From Acidaminococcales bacterium (GTDB lineage Bacteria; Bacillota; Negativicutes; Acidaminococcales; JAISLQ01): 64,000 nt of DNA. A program made the position numbers and the translations under genes. The stretch is taken from positions 29,446 through 93,445 of the forward strand of contig JAVBNN010000004.1 of assembly GCA_031551525.1 (NCBI GenBank), in the 5' to 3' direction. The notes under the pieces were generated by a model. That model searched no databases, had not been told where the DNA came from, and worked only from the letters and a program-made list of their open reading frames with translations. Shown piece by piece: positions 10,201 to 18,501 of this stretch. Positions within the stretch are counted from its first letter, which is position 1, and each line of letters begins with the position of its first letter.

Positions 10201-10841
10201 GTTCTATTGTCTTCGAAGGTATTAGTACCGCCGTTGATGAAAACTTTGCCCTTGGTACTGTGAAAGGCATACACAGCACCACCGGAACCGGTCGTAGTAT
10301 TGTCCCGAAAAGTATTAACGCCGCCGTCAATAGTTACGGTTTCTTCAGCGTGGATGGCCGCCCCGCCTTTGGGGTAGTAGTTGCTGCTGTCAGCCCGGTT
10401 GCCAGTAAATTCATGCACTCCGCCGACGATGAAGATATTCTTGCCGTCAAGCGCGCTTTGAGTAAAATTCTTAAATGAAAGATTTTCCGTCAACGTTACC
10501 CTATAGGAGCTGATATTAAGCCCGTTCGCAGGCATATTGGGACCGGTGAGCACGCCTGTGCCGCCGAGAGTGACATCAGCATAACGAAAATCCAATGGCA
10601 ACCTGAGGCTGGCATCATCACCCAACAGGGTTATGGTATAAGGAGCAAAGTCAGTCCAGTCGGCAATATTGGGTTTGGCCAACCGCAACTCGTCCAGTGT
10701 GGCGTAATCTCCACCCGCACCGATCGTATAGTCGGCGGCAAATGAGTCGGAAACTGGCCCTAGCGCCAATAAACTGCTAAGGCAGGCTGCTGTTAAAAAA
10801 TGCCTATAAATTATTTTTTTGTTTTTCTGATGTTTTACCAT
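7230..10841 (-). CDS. autotransporter outer-membrane protein with Pmp-type (GGA[IV] / FxxN) passenger repeats
   Basis: Signal peptide ...LLALGPVSDSFA|AD. The passenger has at least six FxxN...GGA[IV] units (FRDNTTTGSGGAVYA, FEDNRTGGVAGSGGAVYA, FRDNATLLWGGALI, FEGNTSQIGGAIFA, FTNNTAGRFGGAIRA, FTNNTAVESGGGIAS). A (TDP)26 linker follows. The C-terminal ~280 aa look like a beta-barrel and end in NMNFIYRF (terminal aromatic residue). Confidence 0.85.
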   Translation of the reverse strand: MVKHQKNKKIIYRHFLTAACLSSLLALGPVSDSFAADYTIGAGGDYATLDELRLAKPNIADWTDFAPYTITLLGDDASLRLPLDFRYADVTLGGTGVLTGPNMPANGLNISSYRVTLTENLSFKNFTQSALDGKNIFIVGGVHEFTGNRADSSNYYPKGGAAIHAEETVTIDGGVNTFRDNTTTGSGGAVYAFHSTKGKVFINGGTNTFEDNRTGGVAGSGGAVYANAGMTIAGGTNFFRDNATLLWGGALITPANILISGGTNTFEGNTSQIGGAIFANELSITGGTHYFTNNTAGRFGGAIRAGKVSITGGIHSFTNNTAVESGGGIASIMGMTIIAKDGDIVFRGNTAAGRPNALYIDNELNNSSLHLAAAAGKGVMFYDPIKSNSGNPNLTIHINSPNADPVNPGATYSGTVLLDGRELSGKQSEVYGNSTVHNGTFALHNGAVYGADGNIGSFTLNGGAEMDIKGKDNKINAGTITLNNLGRFGFDISAARPGDVLLALNGTVGVNGQISLPALDTPPADGAYTLLSASNSYDFTNMYTGKTQAGPNSRYGVGTLDTAEAGKLKLIVTATDSVRTATWTNQSGDELWNQTSSNWSLSGSPLLVFKTLDDVVFGADTPSIVDVEAVGVTAGSMSVAGDYTFTRGPVWGVNYTQTGGLVLFTSPMAFSGNVNIGGGSFTLNHSDLHAGTFTLQSGATLNMVPGRGSSIIANSITLADGSKVGVAPFYFGSLNAGDSLDILYLDSAAVDNQSAVLSPTGTVTMGAFDYQYENLSWSADKKILSLKIKDGTTDPTDPTDPTDPTDPTDPTDPTDPTDPTDPTDPTDPTDPTDPTDPTDPTDPTDPTDPTDPTDPTDPTDPTDPTDPTDPPPVPGKTFNPLTGGAYATGAPAAIMLHNPTGSTLFSHMGSVFEQLEGNASLAGVQQFSGGGNADGSERLWALPFYSFNRMGQNGEMLGYSVKTPGFAFGYDIKAGEKIFIGGVVTAAWPNYNGGGVKVDGTDVRLGVYGGVKLPGAWQAGAFASYGWASLNQSRYVLADRNEGAYNANSLNLGFGVSRKISLTKGASVKPYISYEYIKMNTEEFSESGGITALSFAGQSQKISRLRLGADYRKEVGETSYWSAGLFYLGQYGDRTASTTAFFTADPLNPFNSYAAPLDKNSLGLTLQTGWAIGKNCELGVAYSALFGQKGTSQDFNMNFIYRF
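8233..8466. repeat. 26 tandem copies of a 9-bp unit (ggatcggtY) inside the autotransporter gene, encoding (Thr-Asp-Pro)26
   Basis: Counted directly. Units begin at 8233 and recur every 9 nt up to 8466. The only variants are c/t at the last position in units 1-7 and 26, and one gggtcggtc unit (8395-8403). All variants are synonymous (CCG/CCA Pro, GAT/GAC Asp). Confidence 0.95.
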
Positions 10842-10951
10842 TTACCTCTCCCCCTTTTAGCTCTTTAGCACGTAAGCCGGGTATCACAATGGCTTTTGTG
10901 ATTTCTGATTGGCCTTTAGGCGCTTTTTCCCTGCTGTTATTCCCGGGGGAG

Positions 10952-10997
10952 GCGTTGGTTTTTGCGTTGGTTTTTGCGTTGGTTTTGTGTTTGTTTT
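10952..10997. repeat. three direct copies of gcgttggttttt plus a degenerate T/G-rich tail, in the divergent promoter region
   Basis: Copies at 10952-10963, 10964-10975 and 10976-10987 (last base differs), followed by tgtttgtttt. The repeat lies about 110-155 nt upstream of the autotransporter start (10841) and about 245-290 nt upstream of the LuxR-type gene. Confidence 0.8.
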
Positions 10998-11239
10998 ACC
11001 AGCACCGGCCAAATATGGCATAAATATTTGACAAACAGAAAATATATACGTATTGCCTGTTCAACAAATGTTTGGCAATCCATCAGCGCCGCTTTATCTT
11101 GCCCTATCAATCCGCCTGTTTATTTATTCGCGCCGCCCGGCCAGGTTCTTTTTTCACGTCAGCCTTCCTCTGTATCAAAGGACATGGATGTATAGTATAA
11201 TTTAAAAAAGCGTCCATACGAAAGGAGGAACTAAAGGGA

Positions 11240-12739
11240 GTGCCTCAAATCAAAGTCTTTTTGTCGGAACGGCCTATAAAATCCTTCTTATTTTTGTCCC
11301 TGTTATGGTTGATCTGGTTTCATGGCGTATACAGCATATCCGATTGTTTGCAGTTCACTCAATTGCCCCTATTTATCTTGCGTAGTAACTCTTTTTATTT
11401 TAATGACACCTTGCTTCTGCATATTTGTGCTACAATCGGCCTGCTGCTCGGAGGCCTAAGTTGCGATGGCAAATTAAAAATCAAACTAGCCCCGCATAAA
11501 TTATGGAGCTTTTTGATGTTTGCAGCCGGCCTTTTAACTGCGGCCAGATACTTTTCCATATTTTTAACCGGTAGCCCGGAACTTGTCTATAACATTTACC
11601 TGCTATTATCAGCCCTGTCCATCCTGTGCGCTTTTGCCGCCTACGCTTTTTTATTTTACTATCTGCTGCGTCAAATAAAACCAGAACACCGCGCGCCAGT
11701 ATATGGACTATCCTTAAGCCTTATTTATTTTTGGCGCATGCTGCCGGATACTTATACTTCAATAACAATGTTTGCCTCTCCCTCTCTGGAAATATTTGCT
11801 GCCTGCTCTGTGCTTGGCGCTCTGTCAGCCGGATTTTATACCATATTTTATCCATCCGTTTTGGTGTTTCCAGGTGTGGCAGAAACTCCAGATACCCCTC
11901 TTTCGCCACAGACACGCGGTTCGCTGCTTTTGCTCGGCTTGTTATGTGTTTTGGTTAACAGCATTTTTTACCAACTATATAACATGTTTACGATTGCTAA
12001 TGAACAATTAGAAAGATATATCCTTTTTTTCCGCCTGGCACAAGCCCTGTCGGCACTGGCAGCCGCCTGGTTGTCTCTGCGCTATGGCCGTCATGTCACT
12101 TTACTGGCTGGAGTTCCTTTTTTAGGCCTTGGAGTGCTGGCCCACTGGTTTTCTTACAGTGGCGCCACTATGTTGATTTTCCCCACTATGACCCTTTTCG
12201 GTCTGCATTTTTTTTATATAGCGGCGCGCACCTTATTCACCGATATATCTTTTTATAGCAAATATCCGGGAGTAGTCAGTTCGCTCGGTTTGTCAGCCCA
12301 TCACTTTTTCCAGGCGCCAGGGTTATTTGCCTACCGTTTTCTAGCTGCCCATGACAAGGAAACTGCTTTTTTGCTCTATATAGGTCTTTTTATACTGTAT
12401 GTGCCGCTGCCGGCGCTCTTTTTCACCTTCCTGCGCAACGCTCATGCGCAACGAAAAGAAATACTTATCTTAAGCTCCGAGCCGGCTACAGAGACCGCAT
12501 TCACTCAAACGAAAGAAACATTCCACACTTTGCTGGAAAACATAGGTTTGACCAAACGCGAAAAAGAAATATTTCCTCTGTTGCTCAACCAGCTATCTAC
12601 CTACGAAATAGCGCAAAGCCTTTTCATCAGCGAATCTACTGCCCGCTGGCATGTGGCGAATATCTTCAAAAAAGCCGGCGTAGAAAGCCGAATCAAACTG
12701 ATAGATGAATACCGTCGAAAAATGTCCGGCAATCACTAA
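11240..12739 (+). CDS. polytopic membrane protein with C-terminal LuxR/GerE-type HTH (membrane-integrated one-component regulator)
   Basis: GTG start 11 nt after AGGAGG. About 10-12 hydrophobic segments span residues 1-400. The C-terminal 60 aa are LTKREKEIFPLLLNQLSTYEIAQSLFISESTARWHVANIFKKAGVESRIKLI, the LuxR HTH signature. Confidence 0.75.
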   Translation: MPQIKVFLSERPIKSFLFLSLLWLIWFHGVYSISDCLQFTQLPLFILRSNSFYFNDTLLLHICATIGLLLGGLSCDGKLKIKLAPHKLWSFLMFAAGLLTAARYFSIFLTGSPELVYNIYLLLSALSILCAFAAYAFLFYYLLRQIKPEHRAPVYGLSLSLIYFWRMLPDTYTSITMFASPSLEIFAACSVLGALSAGFYTIFYPSVLVFPGVAETPDTPLSPQTRGSLLLLGLLCVLVNSIFYQLYNMFTIANEQLERYILFFRLAQALSALAAAWLSLRYGRHVTLLAGVPFLGLGVLAHWFSYSGATMLIFPTMTLFGLHFFYIAARTLFTDISFYSKYPGVVSSLGLSAHHFFQAPGLFAYRFLAAHDKETAFLLYIGLFILYVPLPALFFTFLRNAHAQRKEILILSSEPATETAFTQTKETFHTLLENIGLTKREKEIFPLLLNQLSTYEIAQSLFISESTARWHVANIFKKAGVESRIKLIDEYRRKMSGNH

Positions 12740-12777
12740 AAAACTACCACTGGGCTTTCGCCCAGTGGTAGTTTTTT
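12738..12777. terminator. bidirectional terminator between convergent genes
   Basis: Perfect 12-bp stem ctaccactgggc (12744-12755) / gcccagtggtag (12760-12771) with loop tttc. An A6 run lies 5' and a T6 run 3'. Confidence 0.85.
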
Positions 12778-12784
12778 CAGTCAC

Positions 12785-13264
12785 CTATTTCCACACCGGC
12801 CAGACTATTTCAGTCAGGTAGTCTTCAGGTTTGGTGGTCATCGGGTCATTGAGGTATATCTCCCGCATGGGGTAGTCGGTCAGCCATTTGTAGCCTTCTC
12901 CGTCCGCCCAGGCCATCATGTCTTCATAGACTTTTTTGAGCCCTTCATAGGGTCCTTTGTGGGTATGCTGGGCCATCAGGTTGGTTTCGCCATCGAGGGC
13001 GCGGCCTTTTACCCGGCCCGCTTCCTCGACCAGTTCGGCAACCGGCAGGCAGCACTCTATGTCTAGCGCCTCCATACTGGCGCCTTCGGCGTGGTAGAGT
13101 GCGACCGGGTCGCCCGCCACCTGGCAGCCTTTCTTTTGGCAATAGGTACAGAGTTCTTCAAACATCCCGCCCATAGCGCCGGATATTTGGCTGAACGGCA
13201 CTACGGCGCGTATCGACATGATCTTGTAAGAGGGAAATGTTCGTTTTTCTACTTTGTAATCCAT
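12785..13264 (-). CDS. GyrI-like small-molecule-binding domain protein
   Basis: 159 aa. The beginning (MDYKVEKRTFPSYKIMSIRAVVPFSQI) and end (EIYLNDPMTTKPEDYLTEIVWPV) are typical of GyrI-like/AraC effector-binding domains. There is no DNA-binding domain. Confidence 0.6.
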   Translation of the reverse strand: MDYKVEKRTFPSYKIMSIRAVVPFSQISGAMGGMFEELCTYCQKKGCQVAGDPVALYHAEGASMEALDIECCLPVAELVEEAGRVKGRALDGETNLMAQHTHKGPYEGLKKVYEDMMAWADGEGYKWLTDYPMREIYLNDPMTTKPEDYLTEIVWPVWK

Positions 13265-13365
13265 GTTTTCACCGCTTTCTTGTATTATTGCTGTTTTTTA
13301 GTATAGCACAGTTATGCATTTTCAGCAAACATTAGTTCGCGATTTGCTTGTGTATTTATAATTTA

Positions 13366-13385
13366 AGGACGGCTTTCGCCGTCCT
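13366..13385 (-). terminator. possible terminator after the aminotransferase gene
   Basis: Stem aggacggc / gccgtcct with loop tttc. The downstream tract on the - strand is only weakly T-rich (ttaaattat). Confidence 0.35.
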
Positions 13386-13390
13386 CTTAT

Positions 13391-14596
13391 TCACACCGCT
13401 ATATTGCATTTTTCGCAGTATTCTTTCAGTACTTGGCCGAGGCGTTTGATGCCCTCTTCTATCCGGTCGGGCGGCATGTTGGAGAAGTTGAGGCGCATGG
13501 TATTGACCTTTTTGTTGTTCGGATAAAAGGGCGCGCCCGGCACGAAGGCTACATTGTTCTCGACGCTCTTGACGAGTATTTCTCCGGCATCAACGCCTTC
13601 CGGCAAGGTGACCCAGAGGAAAAGTCCTCCTTCCGGGTGGGTAAACGCTACTCCCGGTGGGAAATATTTCTCCATGGCCTTTATTAGGGTTGCACAGCGT
13701 TCTTTGTAGAGGGCGACAATTTTTTCGATGTGGTTGTTTATATCGCAGGACTGCATGTAATCATATACGATGCGCTGGGTAAATTCGCTGGTATGGAGGT
13801 CGCTCGACTGTTTGACCGTGATGAATTTCTCAAGAAAGCGCTTGTCGGCGGCTACCCATCCCAAACGCAGGCCGGGGGCAAATATTTTGGAGAAAGTGCC
13901 GTGGAAGATGACTAAGCCTTTTTTGTCCAGCGACATCAAGGATGGCGGTATTTCGCCGTCAAAACGCAGTTCTCCGTACGGATTGTCTTCGATGACCGGC
14001 AGGTCGTATTTTTCCACGATGGTCATGATAGCTTTCCGGCGCGCAAGCGACCAGGTACGGCCGGTCGGATTCTGGAAATCCGGTATGGCGTAGAGCAACT
14101 TCACCCGCTCGGTCGTCGCCAACACCCGCTCGAGGTCTTCCGGGATGAGCCCGTCGTCGTCGGTAGCTATCTGTATGTATTTCGGCCCATAGGCGTTAAA
14201 AGCGTTTATCGCACCCATATAAGACGGGCTTTCGAGAAGGACTATGTCGCCTTCGTCGATAAATATCTTGCCGGCAAAATCCAGCGCCTGCTGTGAGCCG
14301 CTGACGATGGTCACTTCATCTTCCGTGACTCTTGTCTGAAATTTGGAATTCATATGTTTGGCGATAGCCGCCCTGAAAGGCTGATAGCCTTCGGTCGTCG
14401 AATATTGTAGTACCTGTTTCCCGGCTTCGTCCAAGAGGCCGGTCGTTACTTTCTTGATGTCTTCGATCGGAAAAAGTTCGGGCGCCGGCAGTCCTCCGGC
14501 AAAAGAAATGATCTCCGGCCGGGCCGTTATCTTCAAAATCTCCCTGATCTCCGAACGGTTCAGGTGTTGCATGCGCTGGGCAAATTTGTCCGCCAT
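13391..14596 (-). CDS. PLP-dependent aminotransferase, class I/II (ARO8/LysN-like)
   Basis: 401 aa. GGAGG lies 6 nt upstream of the ATG. It has an N-terminal IISFAGGLPAPELFP motif and a catalytic-lysine context TFSKIFAPGLRLGW. Confidence 0.8.
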   Translation of the reverse strand: MADKFAQRMQHLNRSEIREILKITARPEIISFAGGLPAPELFPIEDIKKVTTGLLDEAGKQVLQYSTTEGYQPFRAAIAKHMNSKFQTRVTEDEVTIVSGSQQALDFAGKIFIDEGDIVLLESPSYMGAINAFNAYGPKYIQIATDDDGLIPEDLERVLATTERVKLLYAIPDFQNPTGRTWSLARRKAIMTIVEKYDLPVIEDNPYGELRFDGEIPPSLMSLDKKGLVIFHGTFSKIFAPGLRLGWVAADKRFLEKFITVKQSSDLHTSEFTQRIVYDYMQSCDINNHIEKIVALYKERCATLIKAMEKYFPPGVAFTHPEGGLFLWVTLPEGVDAGEILVKSVENNVAFVPGAPFYPNNKKVNTMRLNFSNMPPDRIEEGIKRLGQVLKEYCEKCNIAV

Positions 14597-14712
14597 TTTT
14601 TACCTCCAAGATTCACTGTAACAAGTTTTATTATATCTTTCATATAATAATGCAAATTGTAACACGAAGTTTATTCTTTGGTCAATAATATATTGCAAAA
14701 GTTATGCTTAAA

Positions 14713-14750
14713 CGCGAAAAACCCCGTTCCCATAAGGGCACGGGGTTTTA
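14713..14750 (-). terminator. terminator after gdh
   Basis: Stem aaaaccccgt (14717-14726) / acggggtttt (14740-14749). On the - strand it is followed by tttttcgcgttt. Confidence 0.75.
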
Positions 14751-14759
14751 GTTGATGCA

Positions 14760-16022
14760 TCAGGGGAATATGCCGCGGGCTTTGTCCGCTTTTACTACGC
14801 GGTCGAGCGCGACCATGTAAGATGCCATGCGTAGGGAAACTTTTTTCTCTTTGTGTATTTTCCACACGTCTTCAAAAGCGTGGTGCATGATCTTTTTCAA
14901 ATTTTCGTTGATGTATTGCTCGTCCCACCTGAAAGCCATGTTGTTCTGTACCCATTCAAAGTAGGATACTGTCACGCCGCCGGCATTAGCCAAAATATCC
15001 GGCACAACGATGATTTTTTTCTTTTCGAGGATTTTGTCGCCTTCGGTCGTGGTCGGTCCATTGGCGCCTTCAAGAACTATCTTGGCTTTTATCGAAGCGG
15101 CGTTTCCTTCATGTATCTGGTTTTCCATAGCGGCCGGAAAGAGTACGTCTACATCGAGTTTAAAGAGATCGGCATCCGGGATGACTTTCAACCCGGTTTC
15201 TTTATAGCCTTTGAGTGAGCGGTTATTTTTGGCCGCATACTCCTGAGCGGCAGCTACATTGATGCCTTTGGGGTTGTAGATGGTGGTGAAGGCGTCACCG
15301 ATAGCTACGACTTTGCATCCTTCATCATGCATCAGGCGGGCGCCGACGCTGCCGACGTTGCCAAAACCTTGTACGGCTACGGTCAAGCCTTTGGGGCTCT
15401 TTTTCATTTTGGCGAGAAGATTTAAAAGAGTGTAGGTCGCGCCGCGGCCGGTAGCTTCAGGACGCCCCAAAGAGCCGCCCAGTTCGAGCGGTTTACCGGT
15501 GACGACGCCGGGCACGAAGTGGCCTTTTATCATGCTATATGTATCGACTATCCAGCCCATGACCTGTGCGTTGGTATTAACGTCCGGTGCAGGTATATCC
15601 TGCTTAGGGCCAAGAATAGGTTCTATCATGGCCGTGTAGCGCCGTGTCAGCCTTCTCAGCTCGGTAGTGCTCAGTTTAGACGGGTCTACCTTGACGCCGC
15701 CTTTGGCGCCGCCGTAGGGAATATTCACCAGGGCGCATTTCCAGGTCATCCAGGCAGCCAGGGCGCGTACTTCGTCGAGGTTTGCCTCGGGATGGAAACG
15801 GATGCCGCCTTTGCTGGGACCAAGAGTGGTGTTGTGCTGTACGCGGTAGCCTTCAAAAACTGCTCTTTTGCCGTTATCCAGTTCGATCGGCACAGAAACC
15901 ATCAGTTCGCGTTCCGCATAACGCAAGGTAACATAGTCGTCATAGCTGAGCCCAAGTTTTGTCGCTGCTTCATCCAATACGGCCAGCATGTTCTCATAGG
16001 GATTGTACTCGTGTTTTTTCAT
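14760..16022 (-). CDS. glutamate dehydrogenase (Glu/Leu/Phe/Val dehydrogenase family)
   Basis: 420 aa. It has the catalytic-lysine motif IPYGGAKGGVKVDP and the Rossmann motif VAVQGFGNVGS. GGAGG lies upstream. The ATG overlaps the stop of the preceding gene (ATGA). Confidence 0.9.
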   Translation of the reverse strand: MKKHEYNPYENMLAVLDEAATKLGLSYDDYVTLRYAERELMVSVPIELDNGKRAVFEGYRVQHNTTLGPSKGGIRFHPEANLDEVRALAAWMTWKCALVNIPYGGAKGGVKVDPSKLSTTELRRLTRRYTAMIEPILGPKQDIPAPDVNTNAQVMGWIVDTYSMIKGHFVPGVVTGKPLELGGSLGRPEATGRGATYTLLNLLAKMKKSPKGLTVAVQGFGNVGSVGARLMHDEGCKVVAIGDAFTTIYNPKGINVAAAQEYAAKNNRSLKGYKETGLKVIPDADLFKLDVDVLFPAAMENQIHEGNAASIKAKIVLEGANGPTTTEGDKILEKKKIIVVPDILANAGGVTVSYFEWVQNNMAFRWDEQYINENLKKIMHHAFEDVWKIHKEKKVSLRMASYMVALDRVVKADKARGIFP

Positions 16023-17251
16023 AATGTGTCCTCCTGTTTTTGCTTTTCCCCCTCGTCAAAATAACCAAAAATCCTGCCGAAATCGATACCTGCCACAATC
16101 TTGTCTTTATACATTTTACCTATATTTTCAATACCCATCTGAAGGTGACGAGAAGTTATGCCGTGTTGGATAGACAGTTTAGCCTCCAGCAAAGCAGCCA
16201 GATTGTCGCAGCATTTTAAAACGGCCCCGTCTACCGGACGGTATTTTTTTTCGTTGTATTTTTGGGAAATCTCGTCCGGATCCTCTAAAACTACTATTTC
16301 GCCATTTACCACCACCCGTGTTTCAAATTCGCGTTCGGTAAAGTATTTTAGTTCTTCATGCCAACTGGCAGGCACTAAAGGCAATATTTTTTCTCTTACA
16401 TATTGACCCTCTATTTCTTTGATAAGGCGATCGAGGTCTTCCACTGAGCGTTTGACCGGCGAAATGATGTCCCGCGTCAAAACTTCGGGAAGATCGTGCA
16501 AAAGACCGCACAAATAGTCGTTTACCAGCCTTCCGTCACAGGCCTTCAGTTCTCTCGCGCAAAAATAGGCAAAAATAGCTACGATCAGCATATGCCCCAT
16601 GACTGATGTTTCCGGTACCCTCGGCGACTGCGCCCAGCGTTTCTGGAAGCGGAGCTGCCCTACCAGATCTATGAACTTTTTGGTTTTGCCATTGAGGCTG
16701 ATTTTTTGTACGCCGATGAGATCAAAATATTCTTCGATCTGGCTGGCAATATCCATCCGGGTGTCTTCTATGCCGACAACCACTTCCTTATTCATCTGGT
16801 AGACTATTTTGAACTCCCAATCGGTAGCCAGATAATGGGCGGCTTTCAGTATGCGTTTTTCCAGCACTGAATACTTGTCGTCACACAGATAGCTGGCAAA
16901 ATCGTCGAAAAAACCTTCTCCTAACGGTTGTAAAACATCCCGAAGCTTCTCCAGCACCCATCTATTTATCTTGTCACCATTTTCCCGCATCAGTTCATAA
17001 TACACAGGCGGCTTTATATCCGTTATAATCAACCGGTGCAAAAATTCAAACAGGCCGCCTTCTATGAGTTTTCGCCAGTTTATATCGGCTTTCCGGTCCT
17101 GTTCTTCATATTTGGCCAAGACGTAGGCTATCAGCATCTTGTGCGCCTGCTTATCAAGTTCCGTAAAACCCTGGTGCGGCCGCAGATGATCGTTCCAACG
17201 TTGGGCGTTGGCCGCGTCGTAACACAGTTCTATAAGTTCTTTTGTTATCAT
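16019..17251 (-). CDS. HD-domain phosphohydrolase (YfbR-like fold, apparently duplicated with a degenerate N-terminal copy)
   Basis: 410 aa. The C-terminal half carries RW...ETSVMGHMLIVA...LLHDLPEVLTRD (an H...HD...D metal site). The N-terminal half starts with a similar QRWNDHLRP...QAHKM but has no HD dyad. Confidence 0.7.
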   Translation of the reverse strand: MITKELIELCYDAANAQRWNDHLRPHQGFTELDKQAHKMLIAYVLAKYEEQDRKADINWRKLIEGGLFEFLHRLIITDIKPPVYYELMRENGDKINRWVLEKLRDVLQPLGEGFFDDFASYLCDDKYSVLEKRILKAAHYLATDWEFKIVYQMNKEVVVGIEDTRMDIASQIEEYFDLIGVQKISLNGKTKKFIDLVGQLRFQKRWAQSPRVPETSVMGHMLIVAIFAYFCARELKACDGRLVNDYLCGLLHDLPEVLTRDIISPVKRSVEDLDRLIKEIEGQYVREKILPLVPASWHEELKYFTEREFETRVVVNGEIVVLEDPDEISQKYNEKKYRPVDGAVLKCCDNLAALLEAKLSIQHGITSRHLQMGIENIGKMYKDKIVAGIDFGRIFGYFDEGEKQKQEDTL

Positions 17252-17265
17252 GCTTTCCCTCGTTA

Positions 17266-18501
17266 TTATTTATACAGAAGATACGGCTGGGCCATTTGGC
17301 CGAAGGCACTGCACTCTTCGCGCCACCGGGCGATGAGCTCTTCTACCGGTTCGTTGTCCCACATGGCGTTCTCACCCATGTTTTTATCTATGCGATCCTT
17401 GCTGTAAACATTTATTTTGTCTATTCCGGCCATCTTTCTCAGTATATAAAATACCTGCGCGCCGCTTTCTACCAAGCTGGGAGCCTTTTTGTCGACAAAA
17501 TGCACCTGTACTCCATAGCAGCTCTTGCCGGAATGTCCGCCAAAGCGCGGCAAAAAAGCCGCCGGACGGAAATACAACCCCGGTATTTTAAGGTTATTGG
17601 CCTGCCAGGCTAGTTTGTAGGCATCCACCCAAGGCGCTCCGGTAAATTCGAATGGTCGGGTCGTCCCAACGCCGTTCGTCACGCCTATACCTCCGAAAAA
17701 GCCGGTCATGGCATATCCTCTGGCGCTGTCTGGAGTCGGGATGTTTGGCGAAGTAGGCACCCACGGCAGTCCCGTTTCTTCAAAAGTCATATCATGCGTC
17801 CAGCCAGTCATGGGGATAACGGTCAGTTTGGCGTTTATGCCAAACTCCTTGTTGAACAGGCGGGCGGCTTCACCTACCGTGAGACCGTGCCGGTAGGGTA
17901 TCGGATATACGCCGACAAAAGACTCAAAACCTTTTTTCAATACCGGGCCTTCCATTTTCCCGCCCAGTGGATTGGGCCGGTCAAAAACCACAAACTCCTT
18001 GCCCTGTTCGGCGCAGGCTTGCATGGCGTAAGCCATGGTGGAGATATAGGTGTAACTGCGCACCCCGATATCCTGAATATCAAAAGCCAAAATATCAATG
18101 TTCTTGAGCATATCGGCGGTAGGTTTTTTTGTTGGCCCATACAGACTGTAGACGGACACGCCCAAGCGCTGGTCGGTATAGGTGTCTATGTCTTCTCCTG
18201 CGGTTACCTGCCCAAGGTAACCGTGCTCTGGTGAAAATACCGCCGCCAGTTTTACTTTTTGCGCCAAGATAAACGCAGTATCGTTAAAATGTCGGTCAAT
18301 GCCGGTAGCGTTTGTAATGATGCCCACACGTTTTCCCGTGAATACACCGGCAAACTCGTCTAGTCGCTCTATGCCCAGCCGAACTTCTGCTTTTGCCGAC
18401 TTTTGTTCTTCTGCCTTGTCCTTTTCCTTTTTCGCCGCGCAGGCAAGCGACGAAAAAGCAAAGAGCAACACCAGCGCTATAGATATTATCCTTGTGGGCA
18501 T
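17266..18501 (-). CDS. namZ: DUF1343 family exo-beta-N-acetylmuramidase (NamZ-like), lipoprotein
   Basis: Start re-set to MPTRIISIALVLLFAFSSLA|C (lipobox). This ATG shares 1 nt with the cupin stop (TGATG). Strong family motifs are present: GIITNATGID, FSPEHGY, YSLYGPTKKPT, DIQDIGVRSYTYISTMAYAM and FDRPNPLGG. Confidence 0.85.
   Translation of the reverse strand: MPTRIISIALVLLFAFSSLACAAKKEKDKAEEQKSAKAEVRLGIERLDEFAGVFTGKRVGIITNATGIDRHFNDTAFILAQKVKLAAVFSPEHGYLGQVTAGEDIDTYTDQRLGVSVYSLYGPTKKPTADMLKNIDILAFDIQDIGVRSYTYISTMAYAMQACAEQGKEFVVFDRPNPLGGKMEGPVLKKGFESFVGVYPIPYRHGLTVGEAARLFNKEFGINAKLTVIPMTGWTHDMTFEETGLPWVPTSPNIPTPDSARGYAMTGFFGGIGVTNGVGTTRPFEFTGAPWVDAYKLAWQANNLKIPGLYFRPAAFLPRFGGHSGKSCYGVQVHFVDKKAPSLVESGAQVFYILRKMAGIDKINVYSKDRIDKNMGENAMWDNEPVEELIARWREECSAFGQMAQPYLLYK

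Noticed and set aside
10796-10830. A7/T7 homopolymer within the first codons of the autotransporter gene, considered as a possible phase-variation tract.
   Set aside because: Seven nucleotides is short for slipped-strand switching, and the run simply encodes the Lys-rich signal-peptide n-region (KNKKII).
10962-11195. 77-aa + strand ORF (MRWFLRWFCVCF...) in the autotransporter/LuxR intergenic region.
   Set aside because: - It begins inside the 12-bp direct repeat and has no ribosome-binding site.
- Its composition is odd (W/F/C-rich) and it has no recognisable motif. It is probably non-coding promoter DNA.
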